A stretch of DNA of 63,254 nucleotides, filler included, from Pelomyxa schiedti (Eukaryota > Protista > Evosea): assembly GCA_020536535.1 (NCBI GenBank). It is 6 parts of 6 records of this genome, joined end to end, with 100 filler letters (N's around TTAATTAATTAA, not from the genome) between each part and the next. Parts side by side here need not be neighbours in the genome. Positions count along the whole stretch, not along the records: positions 10,823 to 14,442 come from JAHLWZ010000337.1; positions 14,543 to 22,714 come from JAHLWZ010000490.1; positions 22,815 to 36,927 come from JAHLWZ010001175.1; 3 more parts are not named here. The stretch is one strand, 5' to 3'. Below, in pieces: positions 12,461 to 25,035 of the stretch. Position 1 is the first letter of the stretch; each line of letters opens with the position of its first letter. The notes under the pieces were generated by a model that searched no databases, was not told the origin of the DNA, and was given only the letters and a program-made list of their open reading frames with translations. Both the position numbers and the translations under genes were made by a program.

Positions 12461-13225
12461 ATGAGCGACGGGACGACTCCGAGCGCTGCCGTAGAATCTG
12501 ACGGTACTGAAGGTATAGAAGGCCACGAAATCACTAACCAAACAAAAGAAAAACCACAGGCTGAGCCACAACCCGTTCGGACTTTGATGGTGTGTTGTAA
12601 TCTCACCAAACAAAAATTAATATATTCTGTTTTATATAGATATTTAACACACACAAAAAAAACAATACAACCGAAAAAACTAAACCAAAACAAGATGGGC
12701 CTGGATGGGGCAGGAAAAACATCTCTTCTTTACAGACACCTTCGCGGTGCAGTGACCGCCACAGTCCCCACAGTTGGATTCAACATGGAGCCTCTTGAGG
12801 TCAAAAACCGCAAGTTTATGGTTTCAGATTTTGGCGGCACCAATCTGGCCAGATCTATGTGGCACTATGTATGTAGAACCCACAACAACCTACAACACAT
12901 ACCCGATAAACCGCTAACACTTACACTTCAGTATTACGATGACACTGGAGTTTTCATCTGGGTTGCTGACGCACATGACCGCGGGAGAATCAGAGAATCC
13001 CGCGATGCACTTCAAGAAGCTCTCCGTAATACTGCGCTCCGCAACGCTCTCGTGTTGGTTCTTGCGAACAAAAATGACTTGCCGGACAGCTTGAGTAAGA
13101 GTGAACTTGCAGACATGCTCGAAATGCACAACGTGAAGAACAAGTGGACGATTCAACCCACCTCTGCAATCACAGGCATGGGATTTGCTGAGGGCCTGGA
13201 CTGGGTTTATTCCAATTTGCCCTGA
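12461..13225 (+). CDS. Divergent Arf/Arl small GTPase (introns 12590-12694 and 12869-12931)
   Basis: GLDGAGKT, PTVGFN, DFGGT, NKND and TSAITGMG..EGLDW motifs; GT-AG introns. Confidence 0.92.
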   Translation: MSDGTTPSAAVESDGTEGIEGHEITNQTKEKPQAEPQPVRTLMVCCNLTKQKLIYSVLYRYLTHTKKTIQPKKLNQNKMGLDGAGKTSLLYRHLRGAVTATVPTVGFNMEPLEVKNRKFMVSDFGGTNLARSMWHYVCRTHNNLQHIPDKPLTLTLQYYDDTGVFIWVADAHDRGRIRESRDALQEALRNTALRNALVLVLANKNDLPDSLSKSELADMLEMHNVKNKWTIQPTSAITGMGFAEGLDWVYSNLP

Positions 13226-13364
13226 AACACAAACACAACAGCAACAGCATAAACAGTCTATGACTCCTAAAGATTGTGGTCCCTCTTTTTCAAAATCTTT
13301 TTTCTTTTGAAAATAATCAAGGATACAAGCAATGAGGATGAGACAAGCTAGTGCTAATTTTTCT

Positions 13365-13836
13365 TTATGAGAGTTGTGAAGAGGTGATTGTGAGAAAGGC
13401 AAGTGGGGTTCCAGTGATGGAATCGTGGATGACCACTGTTCTGGGGTTGTCCATTTCGGCAACATAGATTCCTTTCTCAGTGGAATGAACGCGAAAGGAT
13501 GAATTCTGGCGTTCGTATTGGTGCGATGGATGACTCAAGTCTCTGGCACTGTATACAACTCTCACAGTGGTTCTCCTTTCGTTTGGTGTTTCCGTGGATC
13601 CAAGTGAGAATGCGATGTGCTCTGGGGAAATGGCTTCCATTTGCCGATACTGTGAAACAGGGAACACCTTAGATTCACCAGTCTTTGTGTTGTAAACGAT
13701 GCTGTCAGTGTCACCGTGCATTGTGAGGATCGTGTCTGGATCTGCCCAGACAAAGTCAATCAGGTTTATCAGTGGCAGTGGGTATTCCTTTGTCACCACT
13801 GTCACACCAGATGCAATGCTCTTATCAATGTCCACG
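13365..13836 (-). CDS. Lineage-specific family protein, C-terminal part (paralog of 11121-12233)
   Basis: High identity to 11140-11575; cut by a gap. Confidence 0.75.
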
Positions 13837-13936
13837 NNNNNNNNNNNNNNNNNNNNNNNNNNNNNNNNNNNNNNNNNNNNNNNNNNNNNNNNNNNNNNNN
13901 NNNNNNNNNNNNNNNNNNNNNNNNNNNNNNNNNNNN

Positions 13937-14391
13937 TTGGATTCAACATGGAGCCTCTTGAGGTCAAAAACCGCAAGTTTATGGTTTCAGATTTTGGCGG
14001 CACCAATCTGGCCAGATCTATGTGGCACTATGTATGTTGTAGAACCCACAACAACCTACAACACATACCCGATAAACCGCTAACACTTACACTTCAGTAT
14101 TACGATGACACTGGAGTTTTCATCTGGGTTGCTGACGCACTTGACCGCGGGAGAATCAGAGAATCCCGCGATGCACTTCAAGAAGCTCTCCGTAATACTG
14201 CGCTCCGCAACGCCCTCGTGTTGGTTCTTGCGAACAAAAATGACTTGCCGGACAGCTTGAGCAAGAGTGAACTTGCAGACATGCTCGAAATGCACAACGT
14301 GAAGAACAAGTGGACGATTCAACCCACCTCTGCAATCACAGGTATGGGATTTGCTGAGGGCCTGGACTGGGTTTGTTCCAATTTGCCCTGA
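13937..14391 (+). CDS. Divergent Arf GTPase, second copy (5' end in gap)
   Basis: Near-identical to 12774-13225 with a few substitutions (H>L, Y>C). Confidence 0.85.
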
Positions 14392-14589
14392 AACACACAC
14401 CCAACAGCAACAGCATAAACAGTCTATAACTCCTAAAGATCTNNNNNNNNNNNNNNNNNNNNNNNNNNNNNNNNNNNNNNNNNNNNTTAATTAATTAANN
14501 NNNNNNNNNNNNNNNNNNNNNNNNNNNNNNNNNNNNNNNNNNTGCACATGGCAGTAGCATTTTCTTTGCTGAGTGAGTAGCAATTTTCT

Positions 14590-16136
14590 TCAGGTGTTGT
14601 TGTTTCTTTGTGGCTGACTTAGCATTCTGAGTTGAGCCATTGCATCCACGTTACCAAGGTCAGCAGCCCACAGCCACAGTCTCATTGCCTCGCGTATGTC
14701 CTTGGAACCAGAAATGCCTTGTTGGTAACACAGTGCGAGGTTGCACATTGCCTGGTCACTGCCAGCATCAGCAGCCCTCTGCCACAGTATGATTGCCTTG
14801 TGAGTGTCCTTGTCAACACCATCACCATTCTCATAGCACACACCAAGGTTTAAAATTGCAGAGGCATCACCAGCATCAGCAGCCCGCTGGTACAGCGCCA
14901 CTGCCTTGCGAATGTCCTTCTCAACATCATCGCCATTGTCATAGCACACACCAAGGTAGAACATTGCAGTGGCATGACCACCATCAGCAGCCCTCTGCCA
15001 CAGTGTCACTGCCTTGTGAATGTCCTTCTCAACACCTTCACCATGTTCATAACACCAACCAAGGCTGCACATAGCATCATTATTACCAGCATCAGCAGCC
15101 CTCTGGTACAGTGCCACTGCATTGTGGATGTCCTTTTCAACACCCTCACCCTGGTAATAACACCAACCAAGGTTGCTCAGTGCCCGAGCACTGCCAGAAT
15201 CAACTGCCCTCTGGTACAGTGTGGCTGCCTTGTGGAAATCCTTGTCAACACCACTGCCATTTTCATAACACTCACCAAGGTTGACCAGTGCCTGAGCATC
15301 ACCGGAATCAGCAGCCCTCTGCCACATTGTCACTGCCTTGTGAATGTTCTTCACAACACCACCAACGCCGAACCAATAGCAGTTGCCAAGATAAAAAACC
15401 GAGGAAGCACACCAGTGAATCTGACCAACAGAGCAAGTGACCATGAGGGGGCCGGTGCTGTGCTCCTCATTGCCTGGTGGGGATGGAATCTTTGTGGGAC
15501 CACTCATTTCACCAAAAATGTGTGCTGCTGATGAAGATGAATTTTGGTTGTTGGAACAGCAATACAACCTCCACAGGGCAACAAAGTACATGCAAGACCA
15601 CGACTGCTCTGACCTTGTGGGTTGTTGGTGATCGACATTGCCTCTCGAGGCTGCTGTTGACACAAGGTCAGCCCATTCTGCAATAAATTCAGTTGTACTG
15701 CAGCAAGACTCTTGCAGGCCTGATGTTGCTTTGATGAGATTCAACACACGCATGCAATGTTCTCTCATTCCCTCTGTTGTGGTGGAGAGGGCCAGAGAGA
15801 AAGCCAGGGACAGGCACGGTGGAATGTGCTGATGGAGCGACTCGTGGTCGTTGATGCAACAACCGAGGCAATCAAGGAACACCAGAGCAGGGAGGTATTC
15901 ATGATCATGATGTGACAAAGGTGCTGCTCCACCTTTTATTTGTGTGTTTGGTTGGACGAAAAACAAAACCAAGAATGCACACACACACACATTCCAACAC
16001 ACGTGCACACACACACACACACACCATGGTTTATACTGTTGATATCACTTGCAAAGAGGGAGAATGCGTTGGCCACAAGAGCAAGGGCCGAGTCGATGTG
16101 GCCCACCTGCACCTCAAAAAGTGCGTCCATCATCAT
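14590..16136 (-). CDS. Sel1-like repeat protein (7 SLRs)
   Basis: Seven 36-aa A..NLG.CY..G.GV.KD..KA...QRAAD.G repeats (108-bp DNA period). The first exon is predicted from MMMDALF, with a (TG)n-containing intron. Confidence 0.92.
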
Positions 16137-16481
16137 CTCGTTTCTTCTTGTTGTTGCGTTTGGGGGCGACGAGACAAAAAGACCACACGACGTGTTCTGC
16201 ATTGTCTTTGATTTGTCGTTGCTGTTTGTGCTTCAACTATGTTTCTGTGAAAATTGTTGTCCAACAACAGACACGTCGCACATTGCTTGGGACTGACTGA
16301 CCATCATCAGTAGCCCTCTGCCTTGCTGTGCCAAACCGAAAACCAAATCTGGGTTCTCAACACCACTACGATTTTCATCACACCATCCTGTCTGCCGTTG
16401 GTTCAATGAGGGAGCACAATGCACAATCCCATTGACATTGTGTTGTGTTTATAGAAGTGGGGTTTCTGGAAAAATGCTGGT

Positions 16482-17548
16482 CTATGTTGTGCTGTACATT
16501 CTTACTCGTACAGTGATTGGGGCCCGGCAGTAGGCACACTGTATTGTATTAGGTGAGGGGGTGATATGATAGGCTGGAAGGTGTAATAATAGTTTACCTC
16601 GGTTAGTAGATTGCTGCAGGATTCACAGTACTTAAAATGGCCACACCCAAGAGTGATAGTGCGTTTCTCCTCCAAGCATACAATGCATTTCTCCTCATCA
16701 GGATCCATGGGGGCATGGCGAGTGGTTGCTGTTCTTGGTTCGCGGCTATGAGGAGAGGATCCGGGGCTGCCTGGCTCACTGCTGTCATGGGGAAATCTGT
16801 CTCCGCGAGGTATTTGCGTGGAAGCACCGCGGAAATGGATGTAGATAAACGCCCCTCCAACAAGGAACAGAGTAAAAAATACGGTTCCAACAAAGGGTAA
16901 ATTCCAGCAATCTTGTGGGGTCAGAAAATTGGATGCTAAAATAAAAGGTTTCAACACACAGAATAGAATCGAAAGGTAAATCTTCTTTGTTCTAGATGAC
17001 AAGGTCATGCCAGCAAATTTAAAGAACGACTGCAAATGTTTCACTGTGGTCTTGAGAAAGGAAGGACTTTCCTCTAAGATATTGGAGAAAAACTCAACAA
17101 TCTCTTCAGAGCCATTAGAGTCGAGTTTTAGGGAAAAAAAAAACCACTTACTACTCCAAATTTCCTTGCAAGACTCTAACAGGCTAGGGTAGTTATCCTG
17201 ACAAAATAGCCCAACCTCTATGATACCCTTTCCAACCTGGAGAAAATATGTAAAAGTATTACCAGTGTTGATTGCATACCGCCTTCGCCACAGCGGGAAC
17301 CCAAAAAAAGAGGATTCCATAGAGTTTCTACAGGAGAATTGAGCCACGGAAGAGATAAGAAATAGACTGCGGAAAGAAGAAAACCACACCTGCAGTACCC
17401 ACATGGCACACCTTGCCGCATTATATATGAAGTAAAACACAATCTGAAGGCTTTTAGACGAGTCGAAATTGTGGGAAAAATGCCCGCACCCTCGCCACAG
17501 CTGAAACGACCAACAAAGCAGCCTACTAATACCCATTAGTAACCCCAT
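16482..17548 (-). CDS. Membrane protein with C-terminal C3HC4 RING finger (putative E3 ligase)
   Basis: CIVCLEEKRTITLGCGHFKYCESC|intron|CAYCRAPI with hydrophobic segments upstream. The start and upstream splicing are uncertain. Confidence 0.8.
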
Positions 17549-17996
17549 TATAATTGCATGTCAGTGACAGGAGCACCTCCGCCTAAAACAACAAGAAACC
17601 AAGCAAACACAACCACTAACTAACCTTCATAATCACAGCAGCCAATCCCCCAATCACTCCTCCTACCTGAGTATAAATAAGTATTTAGTGTGGACTGCTG
17701 GTCACCACCTACAACAATGCTGTTGCAAATGAAAGAGGGGAAAAACGCACGCTTGCAACTGCAGTCACGAGCACGCCGCCCATCGCGACCCCTCAGCCGG
17801 GCTTTCAATCACAAATTGAAAGTTGGAGGAGACTCTTTTTTTTTTTTACAAAGTAATGTACTCAGATTGCACAGTTGGTGTGTGTTGATGTTGGTGATAG
17901 GTTGTGTGTATAAAAATGAGAGTGTGTGATGAGAGAGTGCATGGTGGGAGTTACGGGAGTGTGGAGATGATGATTGAATGATTGGGGGTATCTCGC

Positions 17997-20900
17997 CTAG
18001 TGGCCACTGCTGTGACCCTTTTCCTTTTTCCTCGTGGCCACTGCTGTAGTGACTGACTTGACTGAGGCGTTGTTGATTTCTTCAGTGAGCGCCTTGAGGG
18101 CTGCGACGAGGGTATTTAGCCCTCCAAAGTCCGGGTGCTTCTTCATTGTGTACAGAAGCATTTCCTGTAAAATGCCGGTTGGTTAGGCGATTCGGGATTA
18201 GTGTTATTTGTGTTGTTCGTTTGTTTTGAATTGGTGTATTGTACTGTATTTGGGTTGTGTTGTGCTGATTGGTGTTGCATGGTGCATGTATTGGTTATGC
18301 GGTGTTATGACGCCGCGATGTGAATAATCAAGTAAAGAAACAAACCTGGCACGTTAGGTAATACTCTGATATTCTTTTTAATGGATTTGCTAGTTGGGTC
18401 TTCAGGACCAGTTGGGTTCCAGTCTCAGTAGACTATTAATAATGGTTTGGATGATAGAAACCCGGTGACATTGGAATCTTACATCAAGAAACTGTGAAAA
18501 GTCGGGATAGGCCGCGACTGCGGCATCTATGGCCGACACTTGCTCAAATCGATGTGTCACATAGTCCAGATAAATTTCGCGGAATTGTTCAAGCTGGGGT
18601 TTGGGTTAGAAAAAGGGTAAAACGGCGTATGGTTACCCGTTTTTCAAAAAGGTCAGTTACACTTCTTACAGTGTCCCACTCTTTCAATCTTTGCTGTATA
18701 TCAGCCAATAATCTGTGTTACAGTAAAAAATAGTGATAAGGGAATCTAATGATCTAATTCATACGAGTCATGTTCCGTAAGAAGGGCCTCAAAGTTTCCA
18801 CATATGACTTTTGCTTGTGGAAGTGGCAGCAAACGCGATTCATCGGGAGTACTGGTATCTACCATCACACGAACAAAAGTCTAGAAATGTTAATTGAAGT
18901 GCTCCTTCGGTATTGAGTGTTACATACCCGGAATGTGTGAGTGAGGTCTTCCACAAATACTCTTTCAGTTTCAAACATATTTTCCACCAGACCATGGCGT
19001 TTTTTCTCATTGTTTTCTTCCTGAGCTTTACTGTACAATTTGGATCCTTCAGCAGCGGCATCATTCTGGGGTGGATGAATATGAAAAAATCAGTGAGAAG
19101 ACAAACCTGATCCACAAAAAGTGATTTTAAGAGGTAGCTCTGCCACTCGGAGACAGCCAGCCGAATAGCCTTGACCCATTCATCCTTTTCTTTCTTTGTT
19201 GTAACAATGCACTTGAAAACACCTTCTGCACAATATAATGTGAATCCGAATTTCATCTTGGTCTCATTTCCACCTGGTTAAGTCAACATATGGGATGGCC
19301 ATTGTCGAACATACCTTCGTCCTCTTGCAATTGGCAGGCAGTGAGCAATAATTTTTGTTTGAAAGTGTACTGCCCCTTCTTTGGCTCCGGTGTGGTAAAT
19401 AAAAACATGTCATTGAAGAGCCACACGTGATTTTTTGTTTTATTTATTTGAATCATGCCTCCTTTAATAAACCTGAATCCAGTTAAATTCATTCTCACAT
19501 GGGCAGAGTAGAGTACCTCCGGTTATTGATTTTAATATCACCTTCATAGCCCTTGATCTTCTCACTGACCCCTTCCAGTTCTTTTTGGTCCTCGGCATCA
19601 CGTTTCCTCTGATTGATATATGTTGCAAGTTCACGCACTACTTCCAATGCCTAGGATTCGAATGAGAAGGGGGAACAAGAGCAAAGTGAGACCTCTCGTA
19701 AAGGTGCGTTGTCAGGATGATCCTTTGGTGTAGCTCCAAGCATATCACTCAGTAAAAGTACATCTGATAACGTGTTATGGATTGATTTAATATGTCTCCC
19801 ATACATCTAGGTACTCTCTGGACTGGCCTACACAAAATATGTTACGGAGAGAAAGTTTGAAAGGATGTAATGTACGTGATAAGAAGGCCTTCTAGATTCA
19901 AGTTACCCAATGCTGGGGTCCAATCCAGGCTCTTACAAAAGTTAGGGAAGGGAAAAGGAGGAATTACATACATCCATATATTTCTTGAAATCTGGATAGG
20001 ATTCTTTGCATTTGGCAAGGGTGTCCACAGCAGTGGTGTGGTTATTGACATAATACTTGTACAATTTGATGAAGTCAACCTAAAAAATTTAGCTGGAGAA
20101 TATCAGGATATTGTTGTACATTTGCAAGGAAGACTTTCCCCATGCAAGAAGCTTGGTTCCAGTTCTCAACGCATTCTGCCACAGACTTCCGCATTCTAAT
20201 TTTGTAATGTCATTACAAGTAGAATTTGTAGCTTTAAGAACAACCTTGTATGACATTGCTTAATAACAGCAACATTTGAAAACAAGCGGAAGATGTCTTC
20301 TCCACTGAGTCCTTTGGCATCTCCAGCTTTGAACGGTGTGATAAAAAGCTGTGAACGAATGAGAATGATAAATAAATGGGTGGGGATTACATCAACAATA
20401 CTGGTTAAATTTGCTAGATAGGTATTCTCAGTGGTCAAAACTTCTTTGGCAATAAATTCCCTCTTCCTCATATCCTTTGCTGGCCACACGGGAGGCGGTG
20501 GAATTTCGACAGCTGCACAGGAGGGGGGAGGAATTTCAAGGGAAGGTGGTGGTATATCCATGGAGGGAGGAAGAATGCCGTCATCAGGAGGTAGTATGGG
20601 AGGGAGAAAAGAATCGTCAGGTGGAGGAATGCCGGAGTCAATCAGGGGAGGTGGCGCAACTGGATTTAAGAGATTTTGCAGGTGGCGATGTGATTTGTGC
20701 CTGGATGCAGTAAAGGACTGTGAGGGACTTGCGAGGCCACTTGTGGTACGATCCAGATGATGTCCCTTATGTGAGGAACCTTTGATGGGTTAAATAAATT
20801 GAGAACCAATAGTGGGGGTCATACTGGTATGCCGACTTTCCGATGTTGGAGTTCCGGCGGCCTGTGAACAAGAAGGTTACCAAAACAGTCAACAAAGTAG

Positions 20901-22268
20901 ACAAAAAGAATACCTCGGCTGCTTTCCCTGAGTGTGTGGGATGATGGGAATGGGCAGAAGCTGACTTTTGCAACTTATCTTTATGCTTGTGCTTATCAGC
21001 CTCCACAGCCAACTCAGGATTTGGTTTAGAAACAGAAGCCGATGGCTTTTCATCAACCTGAGCACAACTACTACCACTAGAAGTAGTAGTAGTTGTCACC
21101 GCGGCCGCGGTTTCCGTCGGCTCCGCACCTTTGTGGTGCTTCTCATGATGTGAGTGCCTGTGGTGCTTGTCACCCTTAACATCCCCCTCATTGGCAACAA
21201 CCGACGACGAGGGAGGCGGCGAGGGAGACGCAGGGATGGGCTGCGGCACGGGAGACGACGACGACCCTGCCTCCTTGTCCTTATCTCTGTCTTTCTTGCC
21301 CTTGCTTTTGTGGCGGCGGTCCCGAGCCTCCTCCTCGGCGGCGGCGGCTGCGGCGGCGTCGCGCTCGGCGGCCTTGGCNNNNNNNNNNNNNNNNNNNNNN
21401 NNNNNNNNNNNNNNNNNNNNNNNNNNNNNNNNNNNNNNNNNNNNNNNNNNNNNNNNNNNNNNNNNNNNNNNNNNNNNNACGACGACCCTGCCTCCTTGTC
21501 CTTATCTCTGTCTTTCTTGCCCTTGCTTTTGTGGCGGCGGTCCCGAGCCTCCTCCTCGGCGGCGGCGGCTGCGGCGGCGTCGCGCTCGGCGGCCTTGGCC
21601 GCAGCTTCTTCCTTCTCCTTGGCCAGCTGCTCCTTCTCCCTCTCGGCCAGCAGCAGCTCCCGCTCCTTCTCGGCCTTCTTTTCCTTCTTCCTCGCCTTCT
21701 TCAACAGGGCGGCGGCGGCTGCGGCCTCCGCCTCGGCCTCGGCCTCCACGTCCACATCGGCGTCGGCCTTGGGCGACCGCGAGTGCCTGGGCGAGGACGC
21801 CGCGGTGGGCAGCGCGGGCGCCGACTCTGGGGACGACGAGACGGGGTCGCCCGTGGCCTTGAGCCCCCCGCCCCCCCCGCCGCCGGCGTCCTTCTCCTTC
21901 CTCGCCTTCCTCTTCTCCCTCTCCCTCTCTTGCTCCGCGGCCTCGGCCTGCTGCTTTTGCTCCTGCTCGTCGTCGACGGCCTCGGGGGTGCCCTTGTGGC
22001 GGTGCCTGCGCTTCGACTCTGACGCGGGAGTCGCGGGGGCGGCGGCGATCTCCACGGCGGCGGGGGCGGGGGCCTCGGCCTTGGAGGACTTGGCGGCGGC
22101 ACGGGTGGACGACTTGGAGCCGGAGCCGCTGGCGTCGGAGAGGGAGGTCGTGGTGGTCGTGATGGTGATGGTCGTGGTCGTGATGGACGTGGCGGCGTCG
22201 GACGTCGACGCGGCGTATTCTTTGGTGTGGGTGTGGCGGTGCTTGGACGACGTTGAGGCTGACGCCAT
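17997..22268 (-). CDS. Multi-exon RhoGEF: low-complexity/Pro-rich N-terminus, DH-PH-DH
   Basis: DH1: KREFIAKEVLTTENTYLANL...PVQRVPRY. PH: FIKGG..HVWLFNDMFL..KDEWVKAI. DH2: KRHGLVENMFETERVFVEDL...HPDFGGL. The gap at 21379-21478 has a duplicated 121-bp overlap. Confidence 0.9.
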
Positions 22269-22814
22269 CGCGGGCTGTGTGATTGTGGGATGTTGTTGGC
22301 TTGGTGTTGTTGTTGTTGGGCTACGCTGAGGGTAGCTCCTAGGTTCGGCTTTTTTGTTGGTGGTGGTTGTGGTGCAACAAACTTATGGGCGGAGTTGCCC
22401 GGGGTTTTTTTTTTTGTTTCAACGGCCGGCGATTGATTGGTTTTGGTCTACCGCCCGTTCCAAGGAAGGGTGTGGTGGGGTTTGGAAATTTGTTTTCAAT
22501 GTGGCAAGGTGGCGATAGGTTGCGGCAACCACGAGGCGACGATCCTTGATTTTCTTTTTCTTTTGTTTTTTTTCGTTTTACGGAATATTTTTCGAAATTC
22601 GCGAAAACTGCCAGTTTCGGCAAGTGGATAAGGCTGTTACAAAAAAGAACTTCACAGTACTTGAGGAAACATCACCTGGTCCCGGGACCCCCCGTTGTGG
22701 AGAAGCTCCTTGCANNNNNNNNNNNNNNNNNNNNNNNNNNNNNNNNNNNNNNNNNNNNTTAATTAATTAANNNNNNNNNNNNNNNNNNNNNNNNNNNNNN
22801 NNNNNNNNNNNNNN

Positions 22815-23007
22815 GGTGGGCGACAGAGTGGGGATATCGCTGGAGCCCACGGGGCAGACCAAGCTGTGGCACAACGGGGTGGAGATCGCGCTGCTGGACC
22901 AGCACCAGTACCCCCTCGTGCCAACCGACAAGCCCCTCTATGTCCTCGTCGACGTATACGGCAAGACCAAGGCCGTCAGGTTGCTCCCTCTCATCGACAT
23001 TACATGA
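22815..23007 (+). CDS. Neuralized homology repeat (NHR) domain protein, C-terminal fragment
   Basis: GDRVGI...LWHNG...PLYVLVDVYGKTKAVRL matches the NHR consensus. Confidence 0.8.
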
Positions 23008-23175
23008 AGGGGAAAGTGAATTGAACCCAAAGATATTGAAGATGGTTCCCTCTCCATCGCGAACGGAAAGACTATGTATTGGCCTGTTGGTGTACAAGAA
23101 TACGGGTTCGGAGTCTGCCTCTCATGAGTCGAAGTGATTAGATTAGATAAAAAAAAAAAACCCTACAGGCCGGAC

Positions 23176-24794
23176 ATGCAGTACAACTACTACAACCAAC
23201 AACCACAGCAGCCGCCGCCACAGCAACAGCCTTATTATGGGACGGTGCCGCGGCCCCCAGTGTCGCAGCCTCCTCCTCCCACCATGCCGCCACCTGGGTA
23301 CCAGCCACCCATGTCGTACTCGCAGCCGCCACCGCCCACGCAGCCCCTCCCATCATCGTCTTTCGTGCGGGGCGCCACCAGCGGAATGGGGCCCAACCCC
23401 GATGCGTATGTGCCGTGGCAGGCGACTCCCTACGCGCCCCCGCAGCCACAGCCGCAATACGGGGGACCGCAGCCGATGCCGTACGGGGGTTATGGGAGCG
23501 GAGGCGGGGGTGCATACGGCGGATACGGCGGATTTATGCCGATACGAGATCAATATGGGTCTTTGGATCAAGTACAAAATGCATTGAGGGCGCAGGGTGT
23601 ACAGTGCGTAAACAACAACAAAAAAAGAAAAAATTGGAATTTACTGAACTAATTGAAATATAGCTACAGTTTTATTAATATGCAGGGAGTTAACTTAGAC
23701 TCACTTGTTGCGCAACTAGGTCATGTAATCTTATTCTGGGCATTGACTATACTAAGAGTAATGAGGAGACGGGGAGAATATCTTTTGGTGGTAGGTGTCT
23801 CCATGCTATTCTTGGAAATGAGCTGAACCCTTATCAGGTATTTTAACTCCCCCTATTTTCTTGGGCTCACACAAGATACTAGAAAGTAATTGAGGTGGTG
23901 GGTAGAACTCTTGCACCTTTCGATTCAGATGGTTTGATTCCTGTATGTTTTTATTTGTAAATTTTAAATTAAGCATACACATTAGTCTACCTTTATTAAT
24001 GCAACTCTTAGACCTACGGCTTCGGTGATTTTTCCTCACAAGGTACTGGTGCTCTTCCCTTCTGGCCGGACGGGAGACCCTGCCGAGGTGTTGGGTGTGT
24101 ATTTTATTTTTTGATAATTTTCATCTAAATCAACAAGTGAGGTCTTGCAGAGGTACGCTCAGATTACACCATGTATCCGTTTGTGGGGGCCAACTTCATT
24201 TGCCCCAGTAATACAGAAAGCAATTGAAGAGTGTCAAAGGTATTCGTTTATACCCTTACTGTTAGCAACTAATTCCTTGCAGGACAAGACAATATAACAT
24301 ACTGGTAATGTGCGTTACGTTCATTCAGAGACAACTGATTCACTCCTTTTTTTTTTAAAAAAAAAAAAAGAATCGCAGATGGCCAAGTGAATGATGGTGG
24401 TGCAACAAGAGATGCTATCGTGAGAGCCTCAAACTTTCCCTTGAGTATTATAACCGTTGGTGTTGGAGATGGTATTCAATTTCATTTTTACTTTTTGCTC
24501 ACCGCTTTGCAGGTCCTTGGATGGCTATGAAAGGTTAAATATTCCAATTAGGGTTCCCCTTTTTTTATGGCCTACAGAATTTGATGACGGATTACCCCAA
24601 AGGCGATTTGATAATTTTCAGTTCGTCGAATACAATGCCATACTGGTATGTACAAGTCATGCATGATTCTCCCAATAACAACACAATACCAGGCTCAATC
24701 AGGCCCGTGGCAATTTGACGTTGCGTTTGCTACCGCAGCACTACAGGAGATACCAGAGCAATATGCTGCAATGAGGCGAATGCGTTTATTGTAA
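23176..24794 (+). CDS. Copine-type vWA protein (RGLG-like, no RING or C2) with P/Q/Y-rich N-terminus
   Basis: Spliced motifs NLILGIDYTKSN, NPYQ, FDSDGLIP-YGFGD, GPTSFAP, IADGQV, PLSIITVGVGDGPW, FDDGLPQRRFDNFQFV and ALQEIPEQY. Confidence 0.92.
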
Positions 24795-25035
24795 TCAACA
24801 TAGACTCTAACAAAATCATCAAGTACTTTTAGTGCACACCCTTGCTGCAGTCAATGCCCCAATGTGCTGTAGTTGCTAATTCAAATAGTTTTTGGAATCA
24901 AAAAAAAAATTTTATATAAAATATTAATTTTAATATTAATAATATAATTATATTTTATATTAATACACAACGGTTCGAAAGGCAAAGAACCGTTCTGACC
25001 TGTGAGAATCACAATTACACCGACCCAATTTTGGT

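Noticed and set aside
14640-15400. Regularly spaced DNA repeats resembling a CRISPR array
   Set aside because: They are 108-bp coding Sel1 repeats with no unique spacers and no cas genes.
21258-21599. Apparent tandem duplication in the RhoGEF N-terminus
   Set aside because: It is an exact 121-bp overlap flanking a 100-N gap, an assembly artefact.
21154-22329. Long + strand ORFs overlapping the RhoGEF first exon
   Set aside because: They are GC-rich low-complexity antisense shadow frames.
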